Positions 37,480 through 47,100 of a stretch of DNA of 61,822 nucleotides are shown here, in pieces. Numbering within the stretch: position 1 is the first letter of the stretch; every line of letters starts with the position of its first letter. Position numbers and translations under genes: made by a program. The notes below the pieces were generated by a model that was not told the DNA's origin, searched no databases, and worked only from the letters and a program-made list of their open reading frames with translations. The stretch covers positions 1 through 61,822 of IMG/VR virus record IMGVR_UViG_3300036832_000756; one strand, written 5' to 3'. This DNA is from a virus (taxonomy: Duplodnaviria; Caudoviricetes).

Positions 37480-37955
37480 GCGAGTTCAGCACCGACTTCG
37501 CCCCGGCCTTCGCCGCGGTCCCCCTGTCGTCTGCTGCGACCCACCGCTCGCCGATCACTGCCGAGGCCCGTGCTTATGTCAGGTCACGGGCCACCCTGGT
37601 GATGGAGCACACCTGCCAGATCACCCGTGGAGCCACCCCGGAGGGCTACGACGAGAACACCCTGGTCTTCACCGCCGCGGGCATCGCCGAGCTGGTCTAC
37701 GAGGGACCGTGCCGGATCTGGGAGCTGTCCTCGGCCCAGTCGCTGCTGGTCGGCGAGGCGGAGATCTACCAACAGCCCACCCAGATGTCCATCCCTTGGG
37801 ACGAATCGGCGCTCATCAGGCGATACGACCAGGTGCTGGTCACCACTGCGCCGGAGGACTCCCAGCTGGTCGGGGAGCGGTTCGAGATCCAGACGATCGC
37901 CAAGGGAGGCGAGCTCCGGGCCTCTCGGCGCTTCGAGATCACCGGGGTGATGTGA
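37476..37955 (+). CDS. head-to-tail stopper (DUF6093-like)
   Basis: MEHTCQITR...VYEGPCRI...LVGERFEI. Confidence 0.72.
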   Translation: MSEFSTDFAPAFAAVPLSSAATHRSPITAEARAYVRSRATLVMEHTCQITRGATPEGYDENTLVFTAAGIAELVYEGPCRIWELSSAQSLLVGEAEIYQQPTQMSIPWDESALIRRYDQVLVTTAPEDSQLVGERFEIQTIAKGGELRASRRFEITGVM

Positions 37956-38257
37956 TGCTCTCCGCCGATGGACGTTCCGCCTTCGGTGTGGAGCACGGTG
38001 AGGTCTCCAAGGCGTTCCGGCGGCTCGGTCCCCAGCTACGGGCGACCCTGAAGGACAGCAAGGGCGTCAACATGGACGAACGAGCCCGACACAACTACGC
38101 GATGTTCCGTCAGGTGGCCGGAAACCTCGGTCGAGGCAGCCGTGGTAAGCCTGACCAGGCTGCCATCGAGCTACAGCGACAGTTCAAGGGGGCTGCACAC
38201 GCATCGGTGACCGCGGCTGGAAACATCAGCAGACGGAAGGGCCGGTACCTGCCATGA
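37955..38257 (+). CDS. SAFG-tag basic protein 6
   Basis: TGATG coupling; MLSADGRSAFGVEHGEVSK-A; Arg/Lys-rich. Confidence 0.75.
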   Translation: MLSADGRSAFGVEHGEVSKAFRRLGPQLRATLKDSKGVNMDERARHNYAMFRQVAGNLGRGSRGKPDQAAIELQRQFKGAAHASVTAAGNISRRKGRYLP

Positions 38258-38712
38258 CTGCCGAGGCCTCGGCCGACATCTCCCGGCTGTCCGAGGCGCT
38301 GCGCCAGACCGCCGCCCAGTCCCAGACCACCACCATGGACGTGCTGGTGCGGTCCGCGGACTTCATCAAGACCGAGATGCAGGCCAAGGCCCCGGTGCGG
38401 ACCGGCAACCTGCGGAACTCGATCTACGTCAAGGTGGAGACCGACCGGGTGACCATCGGCCCGAACGAGACCTCGGCCCCGTACGCCGGCTACGTGGAGT
38501 TCGGGACCAAGCCGCACGTGATCGTGCCCAAGAAGCCCGGCGGCGTCCTGGTCTTCCACGTGGGCGGCAGGAAGGTCTTCACCAGGCGGGTCCACCACCC
38601 CGGCTCCCGGCCGCATCCGTACGTGATGCCGGCCTTCCAGTCCTGGGTGGACAGCCTCGGCACGATGGCAGCAGAGGCCAACGTGAAGGTGTTCAACGAC
38701 CATGCCAGCTGA
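38254..38712 (+). CDS. HK97 gp10-like neck/tail completion protein
   Basis: APVRTGNLRNSI, YAGYVEFGT, HPGSRPHPY. Confidence 0.85.
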   Translation: MTAEASADISRLSEALRQTAAQSQTTTMDVLVRSADFIKTEMQAKAPVRTGNLRNSIYVKVETDRVTIGPNETSAPYAGYVEFGTKPHVIVPKKPGGVLVFHVGGRKVFTRRVHHPGSRPHPYVMPAFQSWVDSLGTMAAEANVKVFNDHAS

Positions 38713-39172
38713 TGCGATCTCCCGCGGACCGATCACCGACCAGCTGCTCGTGCAGCTGGCGAGTGAGGGGTTCCCGGTGGGCGACGACGCCGCTCCGACC
38801 ATCCCGTTCGGATGGCAGGGCGAGCCGAACGACCCGGGCAAGACCTTCACGCCCTGGCTCACCCTGACCCCGAGCGCGGGCATCCCGCAGAGCCCGGCCG
38901 GGCCGCTGGCCAACACCTACGCGGACTGGAGGCTCGGCTACCTGGTCGCCTACGCGGGGGTCAGCCGGAAGCAGACCGAGGCGCTGGCGGACCGGATGCG
39001 GCACAACCTGATCTACCTCGAGCGGGAGCTCATCGTCACCCCGACCGGGGGCTGGAAGGTGCAGAAGGTCAGCTGCAACAACATCGGCAACACCATCCGG
39101 ATGGGCTCTGCCTACCCGGACTACTTCACACAGTCGGACACGTTCGAGGTATGGGTCACGAAGGGAAGCTGA
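38702..39172 (+). CDS. tail terminator
   Basis: Position before major tail; PVGD..AP, QTEALADRMR. Confidence 0.65.
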   Translation: MPADAISRGPITDQLLVQLASEGFPVGDDAAPTIPFGWQGEPNDPGKTFTPWLTLTPSAGIPQSPAGPLANTYADWRLGYLVAYAGVSRKQTEALADRMRHNLIYLERELIVTPTGGWKVQKVSCNNIGNTIRMGSAYPDYFTQSDTFEVWVTKGS

Positions 39173-39173
39173 G

Positions 39174-39347
39174 ATGCCGTACGGAAAGCAGATCAAGATC
39201 ACCAAGGACGACGACGAGGCCACCATCGAGGCGTCCTCGTGGAAGGTCTACGAGCGCAATGGCTGGACGCGCACAGATGATGGAGGTAGTGAAGCAGGAC
39301 CGCCTGCAGCTGCTCCGCAGTCCGCGGCACCGACCCAGGAAGGCTGA
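39174..39347 (+). CDS. small hypothetical protein (57 aa; missing from ORF track)
   Basis: MPYGKQIKITKDDDEATIEASSWKVYERNGW...; GAAGGGA RBS. Confidence 0.65.
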   Translation: MPYGKQIKITKDDDEATIEASSWKVYERNGWTRTDDGGSEAGPPAAAPQSAAPTQEG

Positions 39348-39350
39348 CCG

Positions 39351-39839
39351 ATGGCACGCATCATCCCGAACGAGGATGAGCGCAGCGTGCGTCAGCGGGA
39401 GCGCTACGCCAGCGATCCGGAGTACCGAGCGATGCACCTGGCTTCCTCCCAGGCATGGCGAGACGCCAACCAGGAGCGGAAGCGGGCGTACAACGCCGAG
39501 TGGTACCAGAAGAATCGGGAGAAGCTCCTCGCTGACCCGAGCCGGAGACGAGCACAGCGCGCACACCACCTGAGGAAGAACTACGGCATCACCATCGAGC
39601 AGTACGAGGAGATGCTAGAGGCGCAGGGTGGTACCTGCGTCTGCGGAGCCACTGAACCTGGTGGTGGGGGCCGGTACCAGAACTTCCTGGTCGATCACGA
39701 TCACGAGACGGGGGAGGTCCGAGGCCTCCTCTGCTACACCTGCAACACGGCTGTCGGCCTGGTTCAGGACAATCCGGACACGTTGCGTGCACTGGCTGAC
39801 TACCTGTCCGCCCACGCAGAGATGGAGAGGGTGAGCTAG
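39351..39839 (+). mobile_element. free-standing endonuclease VII-family (HNH) homing endonuclease gene
   Basis: LRKNYGITIEQYEEMLEAQGGTC..C, VDHDHETGEVRGLLCYTCN; first 8 aa duplicate the major tail N-terminus. Confidence 0.85.
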
Positions 39840-39841
39840 TC

Positions 39842-40321
39842 ATGGCACGCATCATTCCCAACGAAAACACCTGGATCGGGTTCACCCCTGCCAGCATCAC
39901 CGACCCGGCTGCGCCCACGGCGGCCCAGGTGGCGGCGGCGATCGACCTGACCGGCTGGTGCATCAGCCTGAACGCCTCGGCTCGGGGCAACACGGTGCCC
40001 ACCCCGGCCTTCGACAGCCTGTTCGAGACCAGCACGGCCGGCACCTCGGCGGCGACCTTCGATGCGGACTTCTACCGCGACGACGAGGACGACACCGCCT
40101 GGGAGACCCTGCCGCGCGCCACTCGCGGGTTCTTCATCATCGCCCGGTTCGGCGGCACCGGCACCGGGAACCTGCCGATCGCCGGCGACGACTGCGAGGT
40201 CTGGCCGGTGATGATCACTTCGCGAACGATGGCCAACATGAGCTCGAACACCGTCTTGACCTTCACCGCGTCCTGCGCGGTCATGGTGGAACCCGCTGAG
40301 GATGCCGTCGTTGCCGCCTGA
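39842..40321 (+). CDS. major tail protein
   Basis: APTAAQVAAAIDLT..., EVWPV; precedes chaperones and tape measure. Confidence 0.85.
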   Translation: MARIIPNENTWIGFTPASITDPAAPTAAQVAAAIDLTGWCISLNASARGNTVPTPAFDSLFETSTAGTSAATFDADFYRDDEDDTAWETLPRATRGFFIIARFGGTGTGNLPIAGDDCEVWPVMITSRTMANMSSNTVLTFTASCAVMVEPAEDAVVAA

Positions 40322-40350
40322 CGGCTCTGACCAGGGCTAGCATCTGGTCC

Positions 40351-40785
40351 ATGCCAAGCACTACAGCGAAGACCACCGAGGCTCGCCAGAAGCAGTCCGC
40401 CGACGACAAGCGCGCCACCATCGACGCGCTGATCAACAAGCCCCGCAACACCCACGAGTTCTCCCTGTTCCTCTCCGACGGCAACGGCGGGTCGAACGAG
40501 GTGACGCTGAAGTACCAGGCGATCGGGATGCGGGCCTACGACAAGCTGGTGTCCAAGCACCCGCCCAAGGCCGACCAGCGAGCGGAGGGGTCATCCTTCG
40601 ACATCGACTCCTTCGCCCCGGCCCTGATCAGTGCCTGTGCCGTGGAGCCGGAGATCAGCGTGGCCGAGGCCAAGGCCATCTGGGACTCCGACGACTGGTC
40701 GCGCGGGGACGTGATGGTGCTGTTCCGCAACGCCGTCGAGCTGAACAACCGGGGGCTGGACATCCCTTTCAACGAACGCGACTGA
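40351..40785 (+). CDS. tail assembly chaperone (G-like)
   Basis: YDKLVSKHPP, FAPALISAC; ends at slippery site C CCT TTC. Confidence 0.85.
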   Translation: MPSTTAKTTEARQKQSADDKRATIDALINKPRNTHEFSLFLSDGNGGSNEVTLKYQAIGMRAYDKLVSKHPPKADQRAEGSSFDIDSFAPALISACAVEPEISVAEAKAIWDSDDWSRGDVMVLFRNAVELNNRGLDIPFNERD

Positions 40786-41138
40786 GGAGGGACCCCAACT
40801 TCTACATGGAGATGGCGTACTGCCACGAACACGCCATCCCGCACAGCAAGTTCCTGAAGTGGGACCCCGAGGACCGGGCCAAGACCCTGGCCTTCTCGAT
40901 GGAGTCGGCGATCCGCTGTCAGATGTGCGGCACCGCCGAGTGGGAGTGGGCCGAGAACAAGTTCGCCTTCACCGCGGTCGAGGAGTTCTGCCAGGGCTGC
41001 TACCAGAAGAGCGTGTTCAGTGACCAGCAAGGCTCGTCACTGCCCGGGACCAATGTCAAACTGATCCCGACCACTCCACAGCTCACTGCGCAGATGGCCG
41101 CCAAGGCGAGGAAGCGCGCCAGGCTGAGGATGGACTAG
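40764..41138 (+). CDS. tail assembly chaperone -1 frameshift extension (GT-like)
   Basis: Heptamer CCCTTTC at 40764-40770; the -1 frame is open into ORF 40806-41138 (CQMC...CQGC). Confidence 0.8.
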   Translation, partial: PFQRTRLRRDPNFYMEMAYCHEHAIPHSKFLKWDPEDRAKTLAFSMESAIRCQMCGTAEWEWAENKFAFTAVEEFCQGCYQKSVFSDQQGSSLPGTNVKLIPTTPQLTAQMAAKARKRARLRMD

Positions 41139-41144
41139 GACGAG

Positions 41145-44100
41145 ATGACCAGCCAGCCCGTAGAGGCCAATGTCGTACTGACCGCTGACAACAGCGGCTA
41201 CGACCAGGCGATGGGTCAGTCCGCCACCGCCACCGACCGGGTGTCGGCCTCGGTGGACGCGCTGGGCAACAAGATCACGAAGATGACCAAGGTCGCCGGC
41301 AAGTCCCTGATCGGGATCTCGGTGGCCGACACCGGCATGATCGTCGGGGCCACCAAGGCCTGGAACGACTACGAGAAGCAGATGGCCCGGCTGAACTCCC
41401 AGTCGGCCGTGCTCTCGCGCACCCAGGACCAGCAGACCAAGGTGATGAAGGACTACACCGGCGCGGTGAAGAACCTGCGCTCGGAGTTCGGCACCTCCAC
41501 CTCCGAGGCAGCCAAGCTGGTGGAGACCCTCTCCAAGGTCACCAGCGTCAAGCAGAGCCGGGACCTGCAGGACCTCTCCCAGGTCTTCATCAAGATGGCG
41601 GCGGCCACCGGGGAGAGCTCGGAGGGACTGGCCAGCTCGCTGACCAACCTGCAGAAGATCATGGGCACGCCGATCAACGCCCAGCAGAGCAAGAAGTACG
41701 CCGACACCTTCACCTACCTGGCTGCCCAGACCAACTCCAGCGCCCAGGGCCTGATGGACTTCACCGCCCAGCTGGCCCCGGTGGCCAAGTCGCTGGGCAT
41801 GAACACCCAGCAGGTGGCCGGGTTCGCCACCGCCTTCACCAAGGCCGGTGCGGACGGCGGGGCCGCGGCCACGGCGTTCACCAAGGTCACCGGCGACCTG
41901 CTGAAGTCGCTGCAGTCCGGGTCCCCGGAGCTGGCCCACTACGCCAACATCGTCGGGACCACCCAGGGCAACTTCCGGAAGCTGGCCAAGGACAACTCGG
42001 CCGAGGCCGTGGTCGAGATCTTCGAGTCGCTGGCTCGGCACAGCAAGTCCGCCACCACCGAGCTGAACCGGCTGGGCCTGGACGGACCACGCACCATCCG
42101 CCAGATCACCCAGATGATGAACGCCCCGGGCGGGATCCGGGCGTCCATGGGAATGGCCGAGGACCCGCGGGCCAAGGGGGCCACCGACCGCGGCTACCAG
42201 GCCACGATGGCCGGGCTGAGCGACGAGTTCGACAAGCTGCAGGAGGACCTCAAGCAGACCGCCGAGGCCTTCGCCACCTATCTCGGCCCGGCCCTCGAGC
42301 TGTTCCTGAAGGGGATGGAGAAGGCCGCCTCGATCGTGCAGTCGATCACCGAGGGGCCGATGGGCAAGTTCCTCCAGGTGGTCTCGGGGTTCCTGGCCCC
42401 GCTGGCCGGCGCGGCCGGGCTGCTGCTGCTGTTCGCGGGGGCCCTGGTCAAAGTGGCCAGCGCCTTCACCCTGCTCCGCTCCTCGGCCGCCTACGGCCTG
42501 CGGGAGGGCTTCGGCGGTGCGGCCGGGCTGACCAAGACCGGGGTGGACGCCGAGGGCCGGAGCATGTTCGGTCCGATGGGCGGAGGTGCCCTGGGCAAGC
42601 GGGGCGCGCAGCTGGCCGAGGGCGGCACCTGGATCCAGCGCGGGCTGTACACCGGCGGTGCGTTCGCCGGGCAGGGGCTGGGTGCGTTCCGGCGCGGGGG
42701 TGCGGTCCCGGAGAGCTGGTACCAGACCCGGGAGGCGCTGAGCTCGAAGATCCCGTGGACCGAGCAGTACGCACGCCCGACCGAGGGCACCATGCGCGGC
42801 CCGCTGTCCTACCTGGCCGGCGGGGTAGCCAAGGGCATCGACGAGTTCGTGACCCCGACCTTCGACGCGATGCGCTACGCCGACCCCACCAAGCGGCGGC
42901 AGTGGGTGGACCGGGAGGCTCCCTGGGCCAAGCTGTCGCAGCGGGCGGACCTGGTGCGGTCGATGGGCCGGACCGGGCTGGTCGAAGGTCAGATGGACAC
43001 GGTGCGCTCCGAGATCGCCAAGGTCCACGAGGACCCGTTGATGACCAACGAGGCCCGGGAGGCGCGGCTCCAGGAGCTGCGCACCATCCGCTCGGAGACC
43101 CAGCAGCGGGTGACCTCGGCCAGGGCCCAGGAGTCCGCCGACCGCGAGGTGATCGCCAGCCAACAGCTGCTGACCCGGGAGAACGAGACCGCGGCGGCCA
43201 GTACCAAGGGGCTCGGTGCATCACTGGGGAAGCTGGGAGCCAACGTCGGCGGCGGGATCCTGGGTGCCGGCCGAGCCGGGCTCGGTGCCGCCTGGCGGTC
43301 CGGGATGGTCGGCCAGGGCGTGGCCATGGGCGCGACGATCGCCGGCGGGATGACCGGCTCGAACGCGCTGATGATGGGTGGCACCGGCGCGATGATCGGC
43401 TCGATGCTCCCGGGCCCAGGGACCGTGATCGGGGCCGGGGTCGGCACTGCCGCCGGCCTGGCGATGGACGCGGCGCACGCCAACGACTCGGTGACCGAGT
43501 CGATCAAGAACCTGAACGACCAGGCCGACGAGGCCTCCCGGACCGGCTCCGGCCTGTCCGACCTGAACCAGGCCACCCTGGACTCCCAGAAGGGCCTGGA
43601 CGACTGGTCCAAGAGCATCGGCGGGTCCGGCAGCAAGCTGGACTACTGGTTCGGCGCGCCGAAGCTCTCCCAGATCACCAAGGCCCCCGGCGCGGTGAAG
43701 AACCTGGTCGAGGGGGTCCTCGGCAGCTCGGACGTGGAGGAGGCCCAGAAGAAGCAGGACGAGGCCGTCTCGAAGGCCAAGAACACCGAGGCCGCGATCC
43801 GGGACCTGGCCAAGGCCAGCGGGGTCAAGCTGACCGGATCCGACACCAACCAGCGCGCCCAGCTGGAGCAGTTCATGTCCAACCGGGGGCAGGCGGCACT
43901 GGGCGCGGCGAACATCGAGCTGCCGGACTTCATCGCGGCCCGGAAGGAAGGCGGCGCGCACTACCAGCAGATGATCCAGCAGGCCACGGCCCCGGGCCAG
44001 GCCAACGGGATGTGGGACCGGCTGCGCACCACCGCAGCCGGCTCGGCGATGCTGGACGACAAGACCGCCCGGCAGTCGATCCGGTACCAGGGCGACGTGG

Positions 44101-47100
44101 CGAAGTTCTACGACGCCACCAACGAGGTCTTCGACAAGATGCGGAACTCGGGGATGTCCTACCTGGACATCATCAAGTCCACCGAGCAGGCGCAGCAGAA
44201 GATCGGCGACGAGAACACCCGCGAGTACGAGCTGCAGATGGCGATGAGCCAGAAGGCTCAGCAGGCGCTGCAGATGCAGGCCCCGCAGCTGGGCCGGGCC
44301 GCCACCTTCACCCAGCAGCTCCAGCTCGGTGCGACGGTGATGGGGATCAAGCCGAAGACCGAGGAGCAGGCCACCCAGATCGAGCAGCAGAAGCAGGCCA
44401 CGGAGCAGGCGATCGCCGACAACGACGCCTACTTCCGGCAGATGCTGCTGGCCCAGCAGCAGTACGACCGGAGCCGACGACGGGCCCAGGACGACTTCGC
44501 CCTGCAGCGCCAGTACCAGGAGTACGACTACAACCTGCAGCGCAGCCGGGCCGAGGAGAGCTTCAACCGGATGCGGGCCCGGGCGGTGGCCGACTACCAC
44601 CGCAGCGTGAGCCGGGCCTGGTCCGACTTCAACCTGCAGCGCTCCCGGCAGGAGGACGACTACAACCACCAGCTCGAGGTCCAGGCCAAGCAGCGGGTGC
44701 TGAGCATGAACCTCTACCAGCGCACCGACACCCAGAACACCTCCTCGGCCACCTGGCTGTCGGCCAACGCCGGCGACATGATCAGCCGGATGCGGACGCA
44801 GATCGCGGACCTGCGCAAGCTTCGGTCCTTCGGCGTCACCGACGAAGCGATCCAGATGTACCAGCTGGCCAGCCCGGAGAACCAGCAGGAGCTGTCCCGG
44901 CTGGTCGCGGAGATGACCCCGCGGATGGCCCAGCGGTTCAACCGGAACGTCTCCACGATGACCCGGCTGTCCGGGCGGCTGGGCCAGGACCCCGGGAACC
45001 TGGACGCCGCCGAGCAGGAGCGTGGGTACCGGCAGAGCCGGGAGCGCGGCATGGCGGACATGCGCCGCACCATGCAGCGGGGTCACGACGACTTCGAGCG
45101 CGGCCTGCGCCAGCAGCGCCAGGACTTCAACATCATGATGGACCAGCAGGCCGAGGACTACGAGACCCAGCAGGACCGGCAGCTGAAGGCCTACCACACC
45201 TCGATGCACCGGGCAGCGGTGGACATGGCGCACATGGCCGACGAGATCACCGGGTCCATCGAGTCGGTGCTGGTCCGGGCGCACAAGAAGCTGACCGGCA
45301 GCGCCCAGGAGCAGGCCGGGATCGCCCTGAAGGCGTTCCAGGACCTGAAGGCCTCCACCACGCCCGAGGCGGTCTCGCTGATGCAGGACCTGTCCCGGGT
45401 CTTCGGGTTCAAGTACACCAACCCGCTGACCGGCGGCGGGGGCGACGCGGCCTCGACCATGCCCTCGATCGGCGGGCGCACCACTGCCGGGGAGGCCTCC
45501 GGATCCATCGCCGCTCCGTACCACCACGGCGGGCCCGCTCCGGCCTACGTCCCCGGAGCCGCGCCGGGATCCAGCCCGTCCGCGGGCGGGGCGGCCGGGT
45601 TCCACGCCGGTGGCACCGTGCCCGGCTGGTCCCCGGGGCGGGACACGGTGATGGTCAACCTGTCCGGCGGCGAGGCGATCATGCGCCCGGAGTGGGCCCG
45701 GGCGATCGGGGAGCAGAACATCAACGCGATGAACCACGCCGCCAAGCACGGGCTGATCACCAAGACCGGCGGGGTCGCGGCGGGCAGCGGGTACGCCGAC
45801 GGCGGGATCTACCGCCCGGTCAAGGGCGGCACCCTGGTCCAGGGCCCGCACGACCAGTTCACCGGCTACACCGCGCTGGACATCGGGGTCCCGGTCGGCA
45901 CCCCGGTCTACGCGGTGGAGTCCGGGCTGATCAGCCGGTCCTACGACATCACCGGCTACGAGCCGCGCCGCAAGCTGCCCCAGGACGGCTACAAGTCCTA
46001 CGGCCGGGTGATGTACCTGCAGACCGACCACGGGCCCACCCTGGTCTACGCCCACCTGTCCAAGCGCGGCTTCTCCCAGGGCACCCACGTGCAGGGTGGG
46101 CAGGCGATCGGCCTGTCCGGCAACTCCGGCTACGTGCTCGGGGTCACCGGCGCGCACCTGCACTTCGGCGACTCCGACGGGAACCCCGGTGAGTTCATGG
46201 GCGGCGATGTCGGCTCGGGCACCATCCAGGGCGGGGTCACCGGCGGCGAGGTGAGCGTCGGGGCCACGATGACCCGGGGCCAGGCCCGGCGGATGGTGGC
46301 CCGGGACGTGCTGAAGGCGGTCTACGCCAAGGCCGAGGCCGCGGCGGCCAAGATGCACGGCGTGCACCCGCTGCAGGCCGGGATGATCAGCCAGGTCATC
46401 AACCGGATGGCGATCCGCAAGATCAACCAGCTGGTCCGGACCTACGGAGCCCCGGGCGCGGTCGGCGGCGGCGGGCTGACCAGCCTGGACCCCGCCGCCG
46501 GCTACGGAGGTGGCGCGGCCGGGGTCTGGAGGGCGCTGACCTCGGCCGGGTTCACCAAGGTGCAGGCCGCCGGGATCATGGGCAACATGCAGTCGGAGTC
46601 CGGCTTCGACCCCTTCATCGTCCAGGGCGGCGGGCACTCGATGAACCCGGCTGCGGCCGGTGGCGGCGGCTACGGCCTGGTCCAGTGGACGCCCGGGTCG
46701 AAGCTGAACTCCTACCTGAAGGGGAACCCGCCCTCGGTGGCCTCCGAGGTCAACGCCCTGTCCGCCCAGCTCGCCGGGCACGGCAGCTCCCCGGAGGGAG
46801 CGGCCGGAGCGGCCCTGCGCCAGGCCAGGTCGGTGGCCGAGGCGGCCCGGGCCTTCGAGATGAAGTACGAGCGGCACGCCGGCCCGCCGCAGCCCAACCG
46901 GACCAGCCAGGCCCAGGCCATCTACGACCGGTACGCCGCCGACGGCGCGATCATCCACAAGGGCCCGCAGCGGCTGGTGGTGGGCGAGGAGGGCCCGGAG
47001 GCGGTGATCCCGCTCAACGACAAGGGCGGTGAGTTCCTGGCCCGCTCACTCGGGCTGACCACCGCGCCGATGGCCGGCGGGTCGGTGAGCATCTCGAACT

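Noticed and set aside
39351-39841. Group I intron or intein in the major tail gene
   Set aside because: The nuclease ORF fills the whole insert, ends in a stop, and leaves no room for a ribozyme core; no intein terminal residues.
13776-46958. Very long alternative ORFs (13776-17099, 22074-24392, 24600-27977, 43221-46958 on -; 24926-27961, 42755-46192 on +)
   Set aside because: Shadow frames of high-GC3 genes; low-complexity R/G/P or V/L/G translations with no motifs or RBS.
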